A stretch of 64,000 nt of DNA from an uncultured Bacilli bacterium (GTDB lineage Bacteria > Bacillota_I > Bacilli_A > RF39 > UBA660). This document shows positions 46,277 to 57,275 of the stretch, piece after piece. Position 1 is the stretch's first letter. Each line of letters starts with the position of its first letter. The stretch is taken from assembly GCA_934098735.1 (NCBI GenBank), contig CAKOOS010000006.1, positions 2,712 to 66,711 on the forward strand. The letters run 5' to 3'. Position numbers and translations under genes: made by a program. The notes beneath the pieces are model-generated. The model saw only the letters and a list, made by a program, of their open reading frames with translations, did no database searches and was not told where the DNA came from.

Positions 46277-46783
46277 TTATAATTCCTCAACTTTCTTTCC
46301 ACGAAGTTCAGCAATGTGTTCTGGAGTTCTTTGACTCTTAAGTGCTTCTAAAGTTGCTTTAGCAACATTTACTTGAGTATTAGCTCCAAGAGATTTTGCA
46401 ACTATATCTTTTACACCAGCTAATTCCAAAACAGCACGAGCAGCACCACCAGCGATGATTCCACGTCCTTCTTTAGCAGGTTTTACAAGAACAACAGCTC
46501 TTCCTACTTTAGCAGTAGCTTCATGAGGAATGGTTCTTCCTTCACTAAGAGCAATTTTGCAAACATTTTTATTAGCAGCTTGTAAAGCTTTTTTGATAGC
46601 TTCTGGAACTTCATTTGCTTTTCCACTACCAATACCTACTAAGCCTTTACGATTTCCAACTGCAACAGTAGCAGAGAAACGGAAATGTCTACCACCTTGA
46701 GTAACTTTAGTAACTCTAGTTATAGCAATTACTTTTTCTTCTAATAAATTTTTCTTTTCAGTTTTTTGATTATTATTTCTCAT
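46277..46783 (-). CDS. rpsE: 30S ribosomal protein S5
   Basis: [35 protein letters not shown]. Confidence 0.95.
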   Translation of the reverse strand: MRNNNQKTEKKNLLEEKVIAITRVTKVTQGGRHFRFSATVAVGNRKGLVGIGSGKANEVPEAIKKALQAANKNVCKIALSEGRTIPHEATAKVGRAVVLVKPAKEGRGIIAGGAARAVLELAGVKDIVAKSLGANTQVNVAKATLEALKSQRTPEHIAELRGKKVEEL

Positions 46784-46793
46784 GCTACCCTCC

Positions 46794-47150
46794 TTAAAAT
46801 TCTAGTCCAGCTTCTCTTGCTGCATCAGCAAGTGCTTCAACTCTACCATGATATTGATAACCACCACGGTCAAATACTACAGTTTTAATTTTTAATTTTA
46901 AACATTTTTCAGCAATATCTTTTCCAACAGCTTTTGCTGCTTCAATATTACCACCATTTTTAAGTTTTAATTCTAAATTAGAAGAACTAGCTAGGGTAGT
47001 TTTATTTACATCATCAATAACTTGAGCATAAATACCTTTGTTAGATCTAAAAACATTTAATCTTGGGCATTCCTTAGTACCACTAATAGTTTTACGTACT
47101 CTTTCATGACGTCTAATACGAGCTTTATTATTTGCTTCTTTTTTAATCAT
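46794..47150 (-). CDS. rplR: 50S ribosomal protein L18
   Basis: [10 protein letters not shown]...[17 protein letters not shown]...FDRGGY.YHGRV.ALA.AARE.GL.F. Confidence 0.95.
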   Translation of the reverse strand: MIKKEANNKARIRRHERVRKTISGTKECPRLNVFRSNKGIYAQVIDDVNKTTLASSSNLELKLKNGGNIEAAKAVGKDIAEKCLKLKIKTVVFDRGGYQYHGRVEALADAAREAGLEF

Positions 47151-47164
47151 ATTTTAACTCCTCC

Positions 47165-47701
47165 CTATGCCGCTTTCTTTCCTTCTTTACGACGTACGTG
47201 TTCATCTTTATAACGAATACCTTTACCTTTATAAGGTTCTGGTTCTCTTACTTTTCTAACGTTAGCCGCAAATTCAGTAACTTTTTGTTTATCTATACCA
47301 TGAATAGTAATTTCTGTATTACTTTCACTTGTAACAGATAAACCTTCAGGTGCTTCCATTACAACTGGGTGAGAATATCCAGCGTTTATAGTAATTTTAT
47401 TACCACTTACTTGAAAACGATATCCAACACCTACTGCTTCTAAGCCTTTATCAAATCCTTTAGAAACACCAATTATCATATTATTAATTAATGAATTTGT
47501 TGTTCCTTGCATCATATTTGCTTTTTGACTTGGTTTAACTTGTTTTGTTAAAACAACACCATCTTCAACAGTAACATTAATTAATTTATCAAATTCATAA
47601 CTAAGTTCACCCTTAGGTCCCTTAACATTTATTACATTTCCATTAATATTTATTTCTACTCCGTCAGGAATAACTAATTTTCTTTCACCTATTCTACTCA
47701 T
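47165..47701 (-). CDS. rplF: 50S ribosomal protein L6
   Basis: MSRIG...I.IP.GV...GPKGEL...EPYKGKGIRY. Confidence 0.95.
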   Translation of the reverse strand: MSRIGERKLVIPDGVEININGNVINVKGPKGELSYEFDKLINVTVEDGVVLTKQVKPSQKANMMQGTTNSLINNMIIGVSKGFDKGLEAVGVGYRFQVSGNKITINAGYSHPVVMEAPEGLSVTSESNTEITIHGIDKQKVTEFAANVRKVREPEPYKGKGIRYKDEHVRRKEGKKAA

Positions 47702-47710
47702 AAAACATGC

Positions 47711-48109
47711 TTACCAAATATAGGCAAGAACTTCGCCTCCTAACCCTTTATTTCTCGCTTCTTTATCAGTCATTAGACCTTCAGAAGTTGAGATTATAGC
47801 AATACCTAGTCCGTTTAGAACACGAGGAATTTCATCCACTTTAGCATAAACTCTTAAACCAGATTTACTAATTCTTTTAAGTCCTGTAATAACTCTTTCT
47901 TTTTTAGCTCCATACTTAAGTGTTAAAGTAAGTTTATCACCATTTGTATTTTTTTCATACACGTAATCAGCAATATAACCTTCACGTTTAAGTATTTCAG
48001 CAATACCTAAAGTCATCTTTGTTCCAATAACTTCAACAGTATTATATTTCATTTGATTCGCATTACGAATACGAGTTAACATATCTGCTATTTTATCTTG
48101 TACAAACAT
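47711..48109 (-). CDS. rpsH: 30S ribosomal protein S8
   Basis: [12 protein letters not shown]...ILKREGYI...[11 protein letters not shown]. Confidence 0.95.
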   Translation of the reverse strand: MFVQDKIADMLTRIRNANQMKYNTVEVIGTKMTLGIAEILKREGYIADYVYEKNTNGDKLTLTLKYGAKKERVITGLKRISKSGLRVYAKVDEIPRVLNGLGIAIISTSEGLMTDKEARNKGLGGEVLAYIW

Positions 48110-48122
48110 TTTCTTCCTCCTT

Positions 48123-48308
48123 CTACCAACTAGATTTCTTTACACCTGGTAATTTACCTTCATTTGCTAGTTCTCTAAAACAAATTCTACAAATACCATA
48201 TTTTCTTAATACACCATGAGGTCTTCCACAACGATTACATCTTGTGTAAGCACGTGTTGAAAATTTAGGTGCTCTTTGATTTTTAACAACCATACTTTTC
48301 TTTGCCAT
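48123..48308 (-). CDS. rpsN: 30S ribosomal protein S14, zinc-binding type Z
   Basis: 61 aa with CNRCGRP...CRICFRE. Confidence 0.95.
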   Translation of the reverse strand: MAKKSMVVKNQRAPKFSTRAYTRCNRCGRPHGVLRKYGICRICFRELANEGKLPGVKKSSW

Positions 48309-48318
48309 AAGCTCCTCC

Positions 48319-48858
48319 TTAATTCTTGAAAGGCATTCCGAAGCCTTTTAATAAATCTCTAGCTTCGTCATTGCTATGTGCCGTAGTAACAAATATAATA
48401 TCCATACCACGTACTTTTACTACATCATCATATTCAATTTCAGGAAATATAAGTTGTTCTTTAATACCAATAGTATAATTTCCTTTTCCATCAAAAGCAT
48501 GAGCTGAAACGCCACGGAAATCTCTAACACGTGGAAGTCCAATTTTAACTAATTTTTCAAAGAAATTATACATATTTTCTCCTCTTAGAGTAACTTTTAC
48601 CCCAACAGGTTGACCTTCTCTTAATTTAAATCCTGCAATTGACTTACGAGCTTTAGTAACTACGCACTTTTGACCACTTATAGCTTCAAGATCTTTTACA
48701 GCAGCCGTAATAAATTTTTCATCTTTACTACCTTCACCAACACCCATGTTGATAACAATCTTTTCAAGTTTTGGAACAGCCATAATAGTAGTATAATTAT
48801 GTTCCTTCATTAATTCAGGAACAATTTTTTCATCATATAATTTTCTAAAATTACTCAT
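48319..48858 (-). CDS. rplE: 50S ribosomal protein L5
   Basis: Position in the spc operon. [10 protein letters not shown] and RDFRG motifs. Confidence 0.95.
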   Translation of the reverse strand: MSNFRKLYDEKIVPELMKEHNYTTIMAVPKLEKIVINMGVGEGSKDEKFITAAVKDLEAISGQKCVVTKARKSIAGFKLREGQPVGVKVTLRGENMYNFFEKLVKIGLPRVRDFRGVSAHAFDGKGNYTIGIKEQLIFPEIEYDDVVKVRGMDIIFVTTAHSNDEARDLLKGFGMPFKN

Positions 48859-48860
48859 AA

Positions 48861-49154
48861 TTACTTACTCGCTTTCTTAGAAGTTTTTTTCTTTTCAGTT
48901 TTAACTTCTTCTTTTTTTGAAGCTTTTGCTTCTTTATCATTTATTACTTTAACATTTGAAACATGAATAGGAGCTTCAATTTCAAAAATTCCACCTTTAT
49001 CATTTGTATTTGTTGGTTTACTATGCTTTTTAACAATATGTACACCTTCAACTACAACTTTAGAATCTTTTTTTAATGTTTTAATAACTTTGCCTTCTTT
49101 GCCTTTATCAGCACCAGCAATGATTCTAACAGTATCTCCAACTTTTACTTTCAT
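48861..49154 (-). CDS. rplX: 50S ribosomal protein L24
   Basis: [23 protein letters not shown] motif and a Lys-rich tail. Confidence 0.93.
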   Translation of the reverse strand: MKVKVGDTVRIIAGADKGKEGKVIKTLKKDSKVVVEGVHIVKKHSKPTNTNDKGGIFEIEAPIHVSNVKVINDKEAKASKKEEVKTEKKKTSKKASK

Positions 49155-49163
49155 TTTTGCCTC

Positions 49164-49532
49164 CTATAATACTTCTGGAGCTAAAGAAACAATTTTCATA
49201 TAATCTTTTTCTCTAAGCTCTCTAGCAACTGGTCCTAAAACTCTTGTTCCAACAGGTGATTTATCATCCTTAATTAAAACACAAGCATTGTCATCAAATT
49301 TGATATAAGAACCATCATTTCTTCTAACGCCTTCAACGCTTCTTACGATTACGGCTTTAACAACTTTACCTTTTTTAACTGGACTGTTAGGAATAGCTTT
49401 TTTAACTGTTCCAACAACAACATCTCCAATATTACCATATTTAACTTTAGAACCACCAAGAACTCTAATTACTAAAAGTTCTCTTGCTCCTGAGTTATCA
49501 GCAACTTTTAATCTACTTTCTTGCATTACCAT
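49164..49532 (-). CDS. rplN: 50S ribosomal protein L14
   Basis: [16 protein letters not shown]...VIRVLGG. Confidence 0.95.
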   Translation of the reverse strand: MVMQESRLKVADNSGARELLVIRVLGGSKVKYGNIGDVVVGTVKKAIPNSPVKKGKVVKAVIVRSVEGVRRNDGSYIKFDDNACVLIKDDKSPVGTRVLGPVARELREKDYMKIVSLAPEVL

Positions 49533-49543
49533 AATTTTGCCTC

Positions 49544-49801
49544 CTAAAGGATAACAGCTTCAACTAAAATTTCTACTAATTCATATCTTTTTGTTTTAGA
49601 TAATGGTTTAGTCATTCTAATTTTTACTGTATCTCCTACTTTAGCTCTATTTTCTTCATCATGAGCAGCATATTTCTTAGAATATTTAACATTTTTCTTG
49701 TATAAAGGATGTCTTTTTGAAGTTTCAACATTAACAGTTATTGTTTTGTTATTAGATGCACTAACAACTTTACCAATTAATTCTTGTTTCTTTTCTGTCA
49801 T
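49544..49801 (-). CDS. rpsQ: 30S ribosomal protein S17
   Basis: GKVVS....KTITV.VE....HPLYKK. Confidence 0.95.
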   Translation of the reverse strand: MTEKKQELIGKVVSASNNKTITVNVETSKRHPLYKKNVKYSKKYAAHDEENRAKVGDTVKIRMTKPLSKTKRYELVEILVEAVIL

Positions 49802-50016
49802 TATTTATTACCTCCATTAATTTCTCTTTCTTTAAGAATAGTTTTCATTCTTGCAACATCTCTTCTTAAAGTTCTAAGTTCCACTGGTTTTTCAAGTGTA
49901 CCATTTGCTTGTTGCATTCTCTTTGTAAATAATTCTTCTTTTGTATCTTTGATTTTTTTAGTCAAATCTTCCGTAGATAATTTTCTAAGTTCTTTAATTT
50001 CCAAGAGAATCACCAT
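49801..50016 (-). CDS. rpmC: 50S ribosomal protein L29
   Basis: [25 protein letters not shown]. The exact start is uncertain because the track start overlaps rplP by 23 nt. Confidence 0.9.
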   Translation of the reverse strand: MVILLEIKELRKLSTEDLTKKIKDTKEELFTKRMQQANGTLEKPVELRTLRRDVARMKTILKEREINGGNK

Positions 50017-50431
50017 CCTTTACTTCTTCTTTTTTAACAAATTTTGATTTAACAGATAATTTATGAGATGCAAGTCTTAAAGCTTCACGAGCTATAGCTT
50101 CATCTACTCCTGTAATTTCAAACATTATTTTACCTTTTTTAACTACTGCTACCCATTCATCTACTGAACCTTTACCTTTACCTTGACGAGTTTCAAGAGG
50201 TTTTTTAGTTCTTGGCATGTGTGGGAAAATATTAATAAATACTTTACCACCACGTTTCATATAACGTGTCATAGCAATACGAGCAGCTTCTATTTGACGA
50301 GCTGAAATCCATCCGCCTTCTATAGCTTCTAGACCATAGTCACCAAAGTGAAGTTCAGTATTACCTTTTGCTTTACCATCATAGCTTATTCTATGACTTT
50401 TACGATACTTAGTTCTTTTTGGCATCAACAT
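49994..50431 (-). CDS. rplP: 50S ribosomal protein L16
   Basis: [11 protein letters not shown]... Confidence 0.95.
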   Translation of the reverse strand: MLMPKRTKYRKSHRISYDGKAKGNTELHFGDYGLEAIEGGWISARQIEAARIAMTRYMKRGGKVFINIFPHMPRTKKPLETRQGKGKGSVDEWVAVVKKGKIMFEITGVDEAIAREALRLASHKLSVKSKFVKKEEVKDGDSLGN

Positions 50432-51086
50432 TTTTATCAGCTCCCTTCACTGTTTTCTTTGCAGGAAGAATTTCATTTTTATAAATCCATACTTTAACCC
50501 CTATCTTACCATAAGTTGTATCAGCTTCAGCGATAGCATAATCAACATCAGCTCTTATAGTATGAAGTGGCACAGTTCCTTCAGTATATCCTTCAGTACG
50601 AGCCATTTCAGCTCCTCCTAAACGACCAGAAACAGCTGTTTTACAACCCTTTGCTCCAGCTTTCATTACATTACGAATAGCTCTTTTTTGAGCTGTTCTA
50701 AATGGTGCTCTTGCAGCAATTTGATTTGCAATATTTTGTGCAACTAAAGCAGCATTTAAATCAGGATTTTTTTCTTCAACAATATTAATGAAAACTTCTT
50801 CTCCAACAAGTTTAGATAATTTTTTTCTTAATTTTTCAATATCTTCTCCACCACGACCGATGATAACACCAGGTTTAGCAGTATAAATAGATACTTCACA
50901 TCTATTTTTCTTACGTTCAACAATTACACTTGCAATAGCAGCTTCTTTAAGATTCTTTTCTAAATATTCTCTAATTTTAATATCATTAATTAAATATTCA
51001 GCATAATTATCTTTAGAATACCATTTACTTTGCCAGTCTTTGTTAACACCAAGTCTATATCCTATAGGATTAACTTTTTGTCCCAT
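50409..51086 (-). CDS. rpsC: 30S ribosomal protein S3
   Basis: [13 protein letters not shown] and a KH domain. Confidence 0.95.
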   Translation of the reverse strand: MGQKVNPIGYRLGVNKDWQSKWYSKDNYAEYLINDIKIREYLEKNLKEAAIASVIVERKKNRCEVSIYTAKPGVIIGRGGEDIEKLRKKLSKLVGEEVFINIVEEKNPDLNAALVAQNIANQIAARAPFRTAQKRAIRNVMKAGAKGCKTAVSGRLGGAEMARTEGYTEGTVPLHTIRADVDYAIAEADTTYGKIGVKVWIYKNEILPAKKTVKGADKNVDAKKN

Positions 51087-51088
51087 TT

Positions 51089-51436
51089 TTACTTAACTCC
51101 CTTCGCATCATCAGTAACTTTTACAGTTATATGACTACTTCTCTTATCATGGCGGTCTACATTACCACGACTTGCAAATTTAATTCTTTTATAAACAGGT
51201 CCTGGATTAATGTAACATTCACTAATTCTAAGTTCAGATTCATTTGCGCCGTTATTATTAACAGCATTTGCAACTGCTGAATTTAAAACTTTAAGAATTA
51301 ATCTACTAGCTTTTGTATTAGTATTTTCTAATATTCCTCTAGCAGTTTCAACGTCTTTTCCTCTAACTAAGTCCATTGTCATTCTAGCAAGTCTTGGCTT
51401 AATTAAAGCATTTTTATGAATTGCATAAGCTTCCAT
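51089..51436 (-). CDS. rplV: 50S ribosomal protein L22
   Basis: Position between rpsS and rps[13 protein letters not shown]. Confidence 0.95.
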   Translation of the reverse strand: MEAYAIHKNALIKPRLARMTMDLVRGKDVETARGILENTNTKASRLILKVLNSAVANAVNNNGANESELRISECYINPGPVYKRIKFASRGNVDRHDKRSSHITVKVTDDAKGVK

Positions 51437-51444
51437 GTTACCTC

Positions 51445-51708
51445 CTACTTATTACCTGCATGGCCTGTAAATTTACGAGTTTGTGAAAATTCTCCTAATT
51501 TATGTCCAACCATGTCTTCAGTTATATAAACTGGAATAAAATCTTTTCCATTATGAACAGCTAAAGTATGACCAACAAAGTCAGGAAAAATAGTAGATCT
51601 TCTTGACCATGTTTTAATAACTGTTTTTTTATTTCCCTTATTCATTTCTTGAATCTTTTTCATAAGTGATTCTTCTACATAAGGTCCTTTTTTTAAACTT
51701 CTTGCCAT
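51445..51708 (-). CDS. rpsS: 30S ribosomal protein S19
   Basis: [11 protein letters not shown]...[20 protein letters not shown]. Confidence 0.95.
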   Translation of the reverse strand: MARSLKKGPYVEESLMKKIQEMNKGNKKTVIKTWSRRSTIFPDFVGHTLAVHNGKDFIPVYITEDMVGHKLGEFSQTRKFTGHAGNK

Positions 51709-51716
51709 TTTTCCTC

Positions 51717-52550
51717 CTATTTCTTAGCCTTTCTACTTACTATAAGTTTTTCGCTTTTCTTTTTGCTTTTACGAGTTTTAACTCCAAGAGCAGGTTTACC
51801 CCAAGGAGTCATCGGATTCTTACGTCCAATTGGTGCACGACCTTCTCCACCACCATGAGGGTGATCATTTGGATTCATTACAGATCCACGGTTTGTAGGT
51901 CTAATACCTAAATGACGTTTTCTACCAGCTTTACCTAAATTTACTAGTTTGTAATCTTCATTACCTACAACACCAATAGTTGCAATACATGATCCAAGAA
52001 TAAGTCTTGTTTCGCCAGATTGTAAACGAAGCATTACATATTTACCTTCACGTCCAAGTATTTGAGCTCCAGCTCCAGCACTACGACAAATTTCAGCACC
52101 TTTACCAGGTTGAAGTTCAATGCAATGAACCATAGTACCAACCGGAATATTTTTAAGTGGTAGAGCATTACCTACTTTAATATCAGCAGATTCGCCATTT
52201 TCAATTATTGCACCAACTTTTAAACCATTTGGAGCAATAATATATCTTTTTTCTCCATCTTTATAATTAATTAATGCTATGTTTGCATTTCTGTTTGGAT
52301 CGTATTCAATACTAGCAACACGTCCTGTAACGCCAATTTTATTTCTTTTATAATCAATAACACGGTATTTTCTTTTAGCTCCACCACCAATGTGACGAAC
52401 TGTCATTTTACCTTGATTATTTCTACCACCAGTTTTACTAATGCTAACTAACAAAGATTTAGTTGGAGTAGAACTAGTGATTTCTTCATTTTGTAAAGTA
52501 CTCATTCCACGACGACCATTAGTCGTTGGTTTATAATGTTTTATAGCCAT
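51717..52550 (-). CDS. rplB: 50S ribosomal protein L2
   Basis: [14 protein letters not shown]...[12 protein letters not shown]. Confidence 0.95.
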   Translation of the reverse strand: MAIKHYKPTTNGRRGMSTLQNEEITSSTPTKSLLVSISKTGGRNNQGKMTVRHIGGGAKRKYRVIDYKRNKIGVTGRVASIEYDPNRNANIALINYKDGEKRYIIAPNGLKVGAIIENGESADIKVGNALPLKNIPVGTMVHCIELQPGKGAEICRSAGAGAQILGREGKYVMLRLQSGETRLILGSCIATIGVVGNEDYKLVNLGKAGRKRHLGIRPTNRGSVMNPNDHPHGGGEGRAPIGRKNPMTPWGKPALGVKTRKSKKKSEKLIVSRKAKK

Positions 52551-52564
52551 TTTTATCCTCCAAT

Positions 52565-52840
52565 CTAAATTTCTATTGAAGAACCTTCGCTTAAAGTAAC
52601 AATTGCTTTTTTATAAGTTTTAGTTCTTCCAGAGTATTTTCCAACTCTTCTTCTTTTTGATTTTGTATTTAAAGTATTAACATTTTCAACACTTACTTTA
52701 AATGCTTCTTCAACAGCCTTTTTAATTTCTGTTTTAGTAGCATCTTTTACTACTTTGAATGTATATACATTATTTTGTCTATTAGCCATAGACTTTTCAG
52801 TAATAACTGGTGCAATAATAACATCTGAATAATGTCTCAT
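52565..52840 (-). CDS. rplW: 50S ribosomal protein L23
   Basis: D.I..PVITEKS...YTFKV...A.KTEIK.AVE..F.V.V..VNT. Confidence 0.95.
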   Translation of the reverse strand: MRHYSDVIIAPVITEKSMANRQNNVYTFKVVKDATKTEIKKAVEEAFKVSVENVNTLNTKSKRRRVGKYSGRTKTYKKAIVTLSEGSSIEI

Positions 52841-53463
52841 TATTTAAGCACCTCCTTTAATTTATTAACTGTTTCTTCATCCATTACAACAGTATCAGCA
52901 TTTACTAAATCATAACAATTAATTTCATCAGCATAAATAACTAAACAATTTGGTAAATTTCTTGTTGCTAAATATAAATTTTCAGCATCATCACTTGTAA
53001 CAAACAAAATTTTATCTTCTAATTTTAAATTATTAAGTACTACTAAAGCATCTTTTGTTTTAGCACTTTCCATTTGGAAATTATCAACAACCACTAGCTT
53101 TTTTTCTAAAACTTTTTCAGATAAAGCACTTTTTAGAGCAAGTACTCTTTCCTTTTTATTTATTTTAAAACTAAAATCACGATTATCAACGCCAAAAGGT
53201 ATTCCGCCACCTCTCCATTGAGTAGCTCTAATGCTACCTTGACGAGCTCTACCAGTACCTTTTTGTTTCCATGGCTTTCTTCCGCCACCAGAAACTTCAC
53301 TTCTATTTTTAGTTTTTCTTGTTCCTTGACGAGTAGCATCTAATTGTAAACGAATCATTTTCTTTAAAGCATCATCATTTACTTCAATTTTAAAGATACT
53401 ATCACTTAATGTTAAATCTTTTACATTTTCACCTTTAAGGTTCTTAACACTTATCTTTGTCAT
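52840..53463 (-). CDS. rplD: 50S ribosomal protein L4
   Basis: RQGT.KTK.RSEVSGGGRKPW.QKGTGRARQGS. Confidence 0.95.
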   Translation of the reverse strand: MTKISVKNLKGENVKDLTLSDSIFKIEVNDDALKKMIRLQLDATRQGTRKTKNRSEVSGGGRKPWKQKGTGRARQGSIRATQWRGGGIPFGVDNRDFSFKINKKERVLALKSALSEKVLEKKLVVVDNFQMESAKTKDALVVLNNLKLEDKILFVTSDDAENLYLATRNLPNCLVIYADEINCYDLVNADTVVMDEETVNKLKEVLK

Positions 53464-53486
53464 TTTAATTCCTTTCTAAGCAAGTA

Positions 53487-54254
53487 TTACTTACTTTCTT
53501 CTTCCTTAGTTTCTTCTTTAGTATCTGTTACTACTTCAGTAGTAGCTTCTTCTGTTACTTCTGGAGTTTCAACTACTTCATCAACAACAGTTTCAACTTC
53601 ATAAGTTAAAATTTCTTTTGGGTTTTCCTTTCTACTATTTTTAATAGCAGTTTTAATTAATACTAAAGAATTTTTTGCTCCTGGAACATTTCCACTAACT
53701 AAAATATAATTTTCATTTGCATTTACTTCAATTATTTCAAGATTTTGAATAGTAACTGTATCAACACCCATGTGTCCAGCTAACTTTTTGCCTTTCAAAA
53801 CTCTTTTTGGTAACATAGTACCTAAAGATCCTGGTCCTCTATGATAATGAGATCCATGAGTCATTGGTCCACGAGATTGATTATGTCTTTTAATAACCCC
53901 AGTAAAACCTTTACCTTTTGATGTACCAGTAACATCAACTATTTCTCCAACACTAAATACTTCAGCGCTGATTGTATCACCAATATTATAAGTTGATTCT
54001 ACATCTCTTATTTCTTTTAAGTAGCGCTTAGGAGTAGTATTAGCTTTCTTTGCATTTCCCATTTCTGGTCTAGTTGCATTTTTTTCTTTCTTTTCAAACA
54101 CACCAAGTTGAATAGCATTATAACCATTATTGTCAACAGTTTTAACTTGCATTACTACGTTAGGTTCAACTTCAATAACTGTAACAGGAATTAATTTACC
54201 TTCTTTAGTAAATACTTGAGTCATTCCAACTTTGCGTCCTAAGATTCCTTTCAT
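53487..54254 (-). CDS. rplC: 50S ribosomal protein L3 with an acidic C-terminal extension of about 45 aa
   Basis: [15 protein letters not shown]...GKGF.GVIKRHN. The tail is [39 protein letters not shown]. Confidence 0.93.
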   Translation of the reverse strand: MKGILGRKVGMTQVFTKEGKLIPVTVIEVEPNVVMQVKTVDNNGYNAIQLGVFEKKEKNATRPEMGNAKKANTTPKRYLKEIRDVESTYNIGDTISAEVFSVGEIVDVTGTSKGKGFTGVIKRHNQSRGPMTHGSHYHRGPGSLGTMLPKRVLKGKKLAGHMGVDTVTIQNLEIIEVNANENYILVSGNVPGAKNSLVLIKTAIKNSRKENPKEILTYEVETVVDEVVETPEVTEEATTEVVTDTKEETKEEESK

Positions 54255-54274
54255 ATTTTTCTTCCTTCCTTTTC

Positions 54275-54583
54275 TTATAATTTGATATTTACATCAACAC
54301 CACTTGGAATATCTAAGTGTTGTAATGCATCAATTGTTTCTTTGCTTGGGTTTTTGATATCGATAAGTCTCTTGTGAGTTCTTCTTTCAAATTGTTCCCT
54401 TGCATCTTTATATTTATGAACTGCTCTTAATACTGTAACCTTTTCTATTTCAGTTGGTAGAGGAACAGGTCCAGAAATTTCACCGCCAGTTCTTTTAACA
54501 GTTTCCACAATTTTTCCAGCAGCTATATCAAGTAAACGATGATCATAAGCTTTCAAATTGATTCTTACTTTTGTATTTGACAT
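54275..54583 (-). CDS. rpsJ: 30S ribosomal protein S10
   Basis: [15 protein letters not shown]...SGPVPLPT. Confidence 0.95.
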   Translation of the reverse strand: MSNTKVRINLKAYDHRLLDIAAGKIVETVKRTGGEISGPVPLPTEIEKVTVLRAVHKYKDAREQFERRTHKRLIDIKNPSKETIDALQHLDIPSGVDVNIKL

Positions 54584-54713
54584 TTTATGTCCTCCTTTCG
54601 CCTATATCTAGTATAGACATACTCCGTACAAGTTCTCTAATTCACTATTTTGTTCTACCAACTTAACCTAGTGTATCAGTAACCTCGCACATCAACGCAG
54701 TCATACGAATAAA

Positions 54714-54743
54714 ATTATAACACTAAAGTGTATGAAAAAGCAA
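54714..54743 (-). promoter_or_regulatory. S10-operon promoter (TTGCTT-18-TATAAT with a TGn extended -10)
   Basis: Minus strand: TTGCTT at 54738-43, then tgtTATAAT with TATAAT at 54714-19. It is followed by a leader of about 125 nt (54584-54707) that looks richer in GC than its surroundings. Confidence 0.5.
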
Positions 54744-54775
54744 GAAAAAATTGCAAAAAAAAGAAATAACAAAAG

Positions 54776-56275
54776 TTATTCTCTAATTAATAAGGATTCA
54801 GTTTCTTCCATTTCTTTTGGTATAGCTATATCCATGTAATCTAAAATTGTCGGAGCAACACTCACTAAAGTCCCTTTTGATTTAATTTTTATTTTCTCAT
54901 CACAAATAATAAAAGGAACCAAAGAAGTTGTGTGAGTTGTACAAATGCTACCATCTAAGTTCTGCATTGTATCCGCATTACCATGATCGGATAGTAATAT
55001 GACAGTATAAAAATTTTCTTCTGCTTTTTCCATTATTTTGCTTAAACAAACATCAACTGCCATACAAGCTTTAGTGGTGGCATCCATATTTCCGGTATGA
55101 CCTACCATATCTGGATTAGCATAGTTAACTAAAATAAAATCATAATCATTATTCATTGCCGAAATTACTTTTTTAGTAACATCAACGCAACTCATTTCAG
55201 GCTTTAAATCATAAGTAGAAACATCAGGTGATGGAATATGAAATTTATCACATTTATTAATTTTACCATCTACACCACCATCAAAAAAATAAGTTACATG
55301 AGGAAACTTTTCACTTTCAGCTATTCTAGCTTGAGTAAAATCCAATTCACTTAAATAAAGGCCTAACGAATTCTTTATAACTGGTTTTTCAATCAAATTA
55401 TAAGTTTTAATTTTTTTATCAACTGGCAAGAAACTAAAAACTATAGTATCACTCATATCTTTAACAGAAAAACTATCAAAAGTGCTGGAATTTACAATTG
55501 ATGATAATATTTGTTTGGATCTATCTGACCTATAATTCATCCAAATTAAAACATCTCCATTTTTAATAAGATTATTACTACATCTAATTGGTTTAATAAA
55601 TTCATCTGTTATATTGTTTTCATAACAGTTTTCAATGCTTTTAGATATATTAATAGAATTTATTCCTTTTCCATTAATAACTAAATCATAATATACTTTT
55701 GTCCGATCATAATTTAAATCACGATCCATTGCATAATACCTACCACAAACACTAACAATGTCTCCAACGCCATAATTTTTAATAATATCTTTAATCATAT
55801 TGATATATTTGATAGCATCACAAACACCAGTATCACGACCATCTGTTATTAAATGAAAATGTATCTTTTTAAAATCATTTTCAACAAGCCATTTATACAT
55901 ATTTATAAAATCATCAATACCAGCATGAACATTGCCATCACTACATAAACCCATAATATGAACATCTTTATCTTTTAAACTTAAAAGCTTTAAAACATTC
56001 TTGTTTTCCAAATCAGGATTAGTAAAAAAATCATTAACAAGCACTTCATTTTGTTTTAAAAGCCTTCCAGCACCGATAGTCAAATGGCCAACTTCACTAT
56101 TACCAGCTTGACCTTTAGATAAGCCAACAGCTTCCTCACTAGCTTCAAGTAAAGCATGAGGATACTTAGACCACAAATCATTAAAAGTATTCATAGATGC
56201 AGCCAGTATAGCATTTCCTTTTTCTTCTTCACGGTACCCAAATCCATCGAAAATGATTGTCAATATTTTTTTCAT
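54776..56275 (-). CDS. gpmI: 2,3-bisphosphoglycerate-independent phosphoglycerate mutase
   Basis: ILTIIFDGFGYRE...GNSEVGHLTIGAGR...NPDMVGHTG. Confidence 0.92.
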   Translation of the reverse strand: MKKILTIIFDGFGYREEEKGNAILAASMNTFNDLWSKYPHALLEASEEAVGLSKGQAGNSEVGHLTIGAGRLLKQNEVLVNDFFTNPDLENKNVLKLLSLKDKDVHIMGLCSDGNVHAGIDDFINMYKWLVENDFKKIHFHLITDGRDTGVCDAIKYINMIKDIIKNYGVGDIVSVCGRYYAMDRDLNYDRTKVYYDLVINGKGINSINISKSIENCYENNITDEFIKPIRCSNNLIKNGDVLIWMNYRSDRSKQILSSIVNSSTFDSFSVKDMSDTIVFSFLPVDKKIKTYNLIEKPVIKNSLGLYLSELDFTQARIAESEKFPHVTYFFDGGVDGKINKCDKFHIPSPDVSTYDLKPEMSCVDVTKKVISAMNNDYDFILVNYANPDMVGHTGNMDATTKACMAVDVCLSKIMEKAEENFYTVILLSDHGNADTMQNLDGSICTTHTTSLVPFIICDEKIKIKSKGTLVSVAPTILDYMDIAIPKEMEETESLLIRE

Positions 56276-56328
56276 AAAACACCTTCACTATACGTATAAT
56301 AACATACCATTTTTAAAAAAACAATATC

Positions 56329-56351
56329 ACAAAAAAAGCCTAAAAGGCTTA
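56329..56351 (-). terminator. short terminator after spo0A
   Basis: Stem aagcct/aggctt with a 3-nt loop overlaps the stop, with T7 on the minus strand. Confidence 0.45.
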
Positions 56352-57113
56352 TACAACAATTTCTTTCTTATCTAATTTAAATCTATCAGCAATTGTAGTT
56401 AAAAACTCAGAATTAGTTGGTCTACTACGATCAAAATCAATACTATTACCAAATATTTCTTCCATAAGTTTTATATCACCTCTAGACCAGCTAATTTCAA
56501 TAGCATGTCTAATAGCTCTTTCAACTCTAGAAGATGTTGTCTGATATTTATCAGCAATCTGAGGATATAACTCTTTTGTTACTAACGTAGCAACATTTTC
56601 ATTAGCATATAAAAGAAGTACACCTTCTCTTATATATCTATAGCCTCTTACATGACTTGGTATACCTAAATCATGTAAAAGAGTACTAACTTCTAATTCT
56701 ATTTTTCCACTTTTAGCAAGTTTTAATTCATCTTTTTGTTCAATCAAATCTAATATTCTTCTTTCAATTACTTCCATATCAATTGGTTTTAACATGAAAT
56801 AATCAGCATTTAAAGTTTGAACTTTTCTGATTGTAAAATCATCTTTAAAACTAGATAAAACTATAATTTTTTTAGTAATTTTCTTAGATTTCATTTCCTC
56901 TAGTACCTTAATACCATCCAAGTGAGGTAAAATTAAATCAATAATTAATAAATCATATTCATTTGGATAATTTAAAACATAATCTAAACCATCTCTACCA
57001 TTATTAAAAGTTCCCACAATATTAATAACTGTATTATTTCTGAAATACTCCCTCACACTTCTTAGTACTGCCTCATTGTCATCAACAACTACTACTCTTA
57101 CTTGTTTTTCCAT
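56349..57113 (-). CDS. spo0A: sporulation master regulator Spo0A
   Basis: Receiver domain (VVVVDDN...LLIIDLILPHLDG...MLKP) and the Spo0A-specific C-terminal domain (LHDLGIPSHVRGYRYIREGV...SSRVERAIRHAIEISW). Confidence 0.9.
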   Translation of the reverse strand: MEKQVRVVVVDDNEAVLRSVREYFRNNTVINIVGTFNNGRDGLDYVLNYPNEYDLLIIDLILPHLDGIKVLEEMKSKKITKKIIVLSSFKDDFTIRKVQTLNADYFMLKPIDMEVIERRILDLIEQKDELKLAKSGKIELEVSTLLHDLGIPSHVRGYRYIREGVLLLYANENVATLVTKELYPQIADKYQTTSSRVERAIRHAIEISWSRGDIKLMEEIFGNSIDFDRSRPTNSEFLTTIADRFKLDKKEIVV

Positions 57114-57196
57114 GTGTTTTCCCTTTCAAAATAAATTATTTTTCTGCCTACGTCTTCATTATAAGCCAATAAAATTGAAATTGCTACAAAAACTTT

Positions 57197-57243
57197 TGTC
57201 GACCAATGTAAAGCATAGTAAAGAAATGTCTATAAATGTCGAA
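57197..57243. promoter_or_regulatory. two 0A-box-like heptamers upstream of spo0A
   Basis: TGTCGAC at 57197-57203 and TGTCGAA at 57237-57243, against the 0A box consensus TGNCGAA. They lie 84-130 nt upstream of the spo0A ATG. Confidence 0.45.
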
Positions 57244-57275
57244 ATAATAAATTTTACCATAAAAACAAGTGTTAT

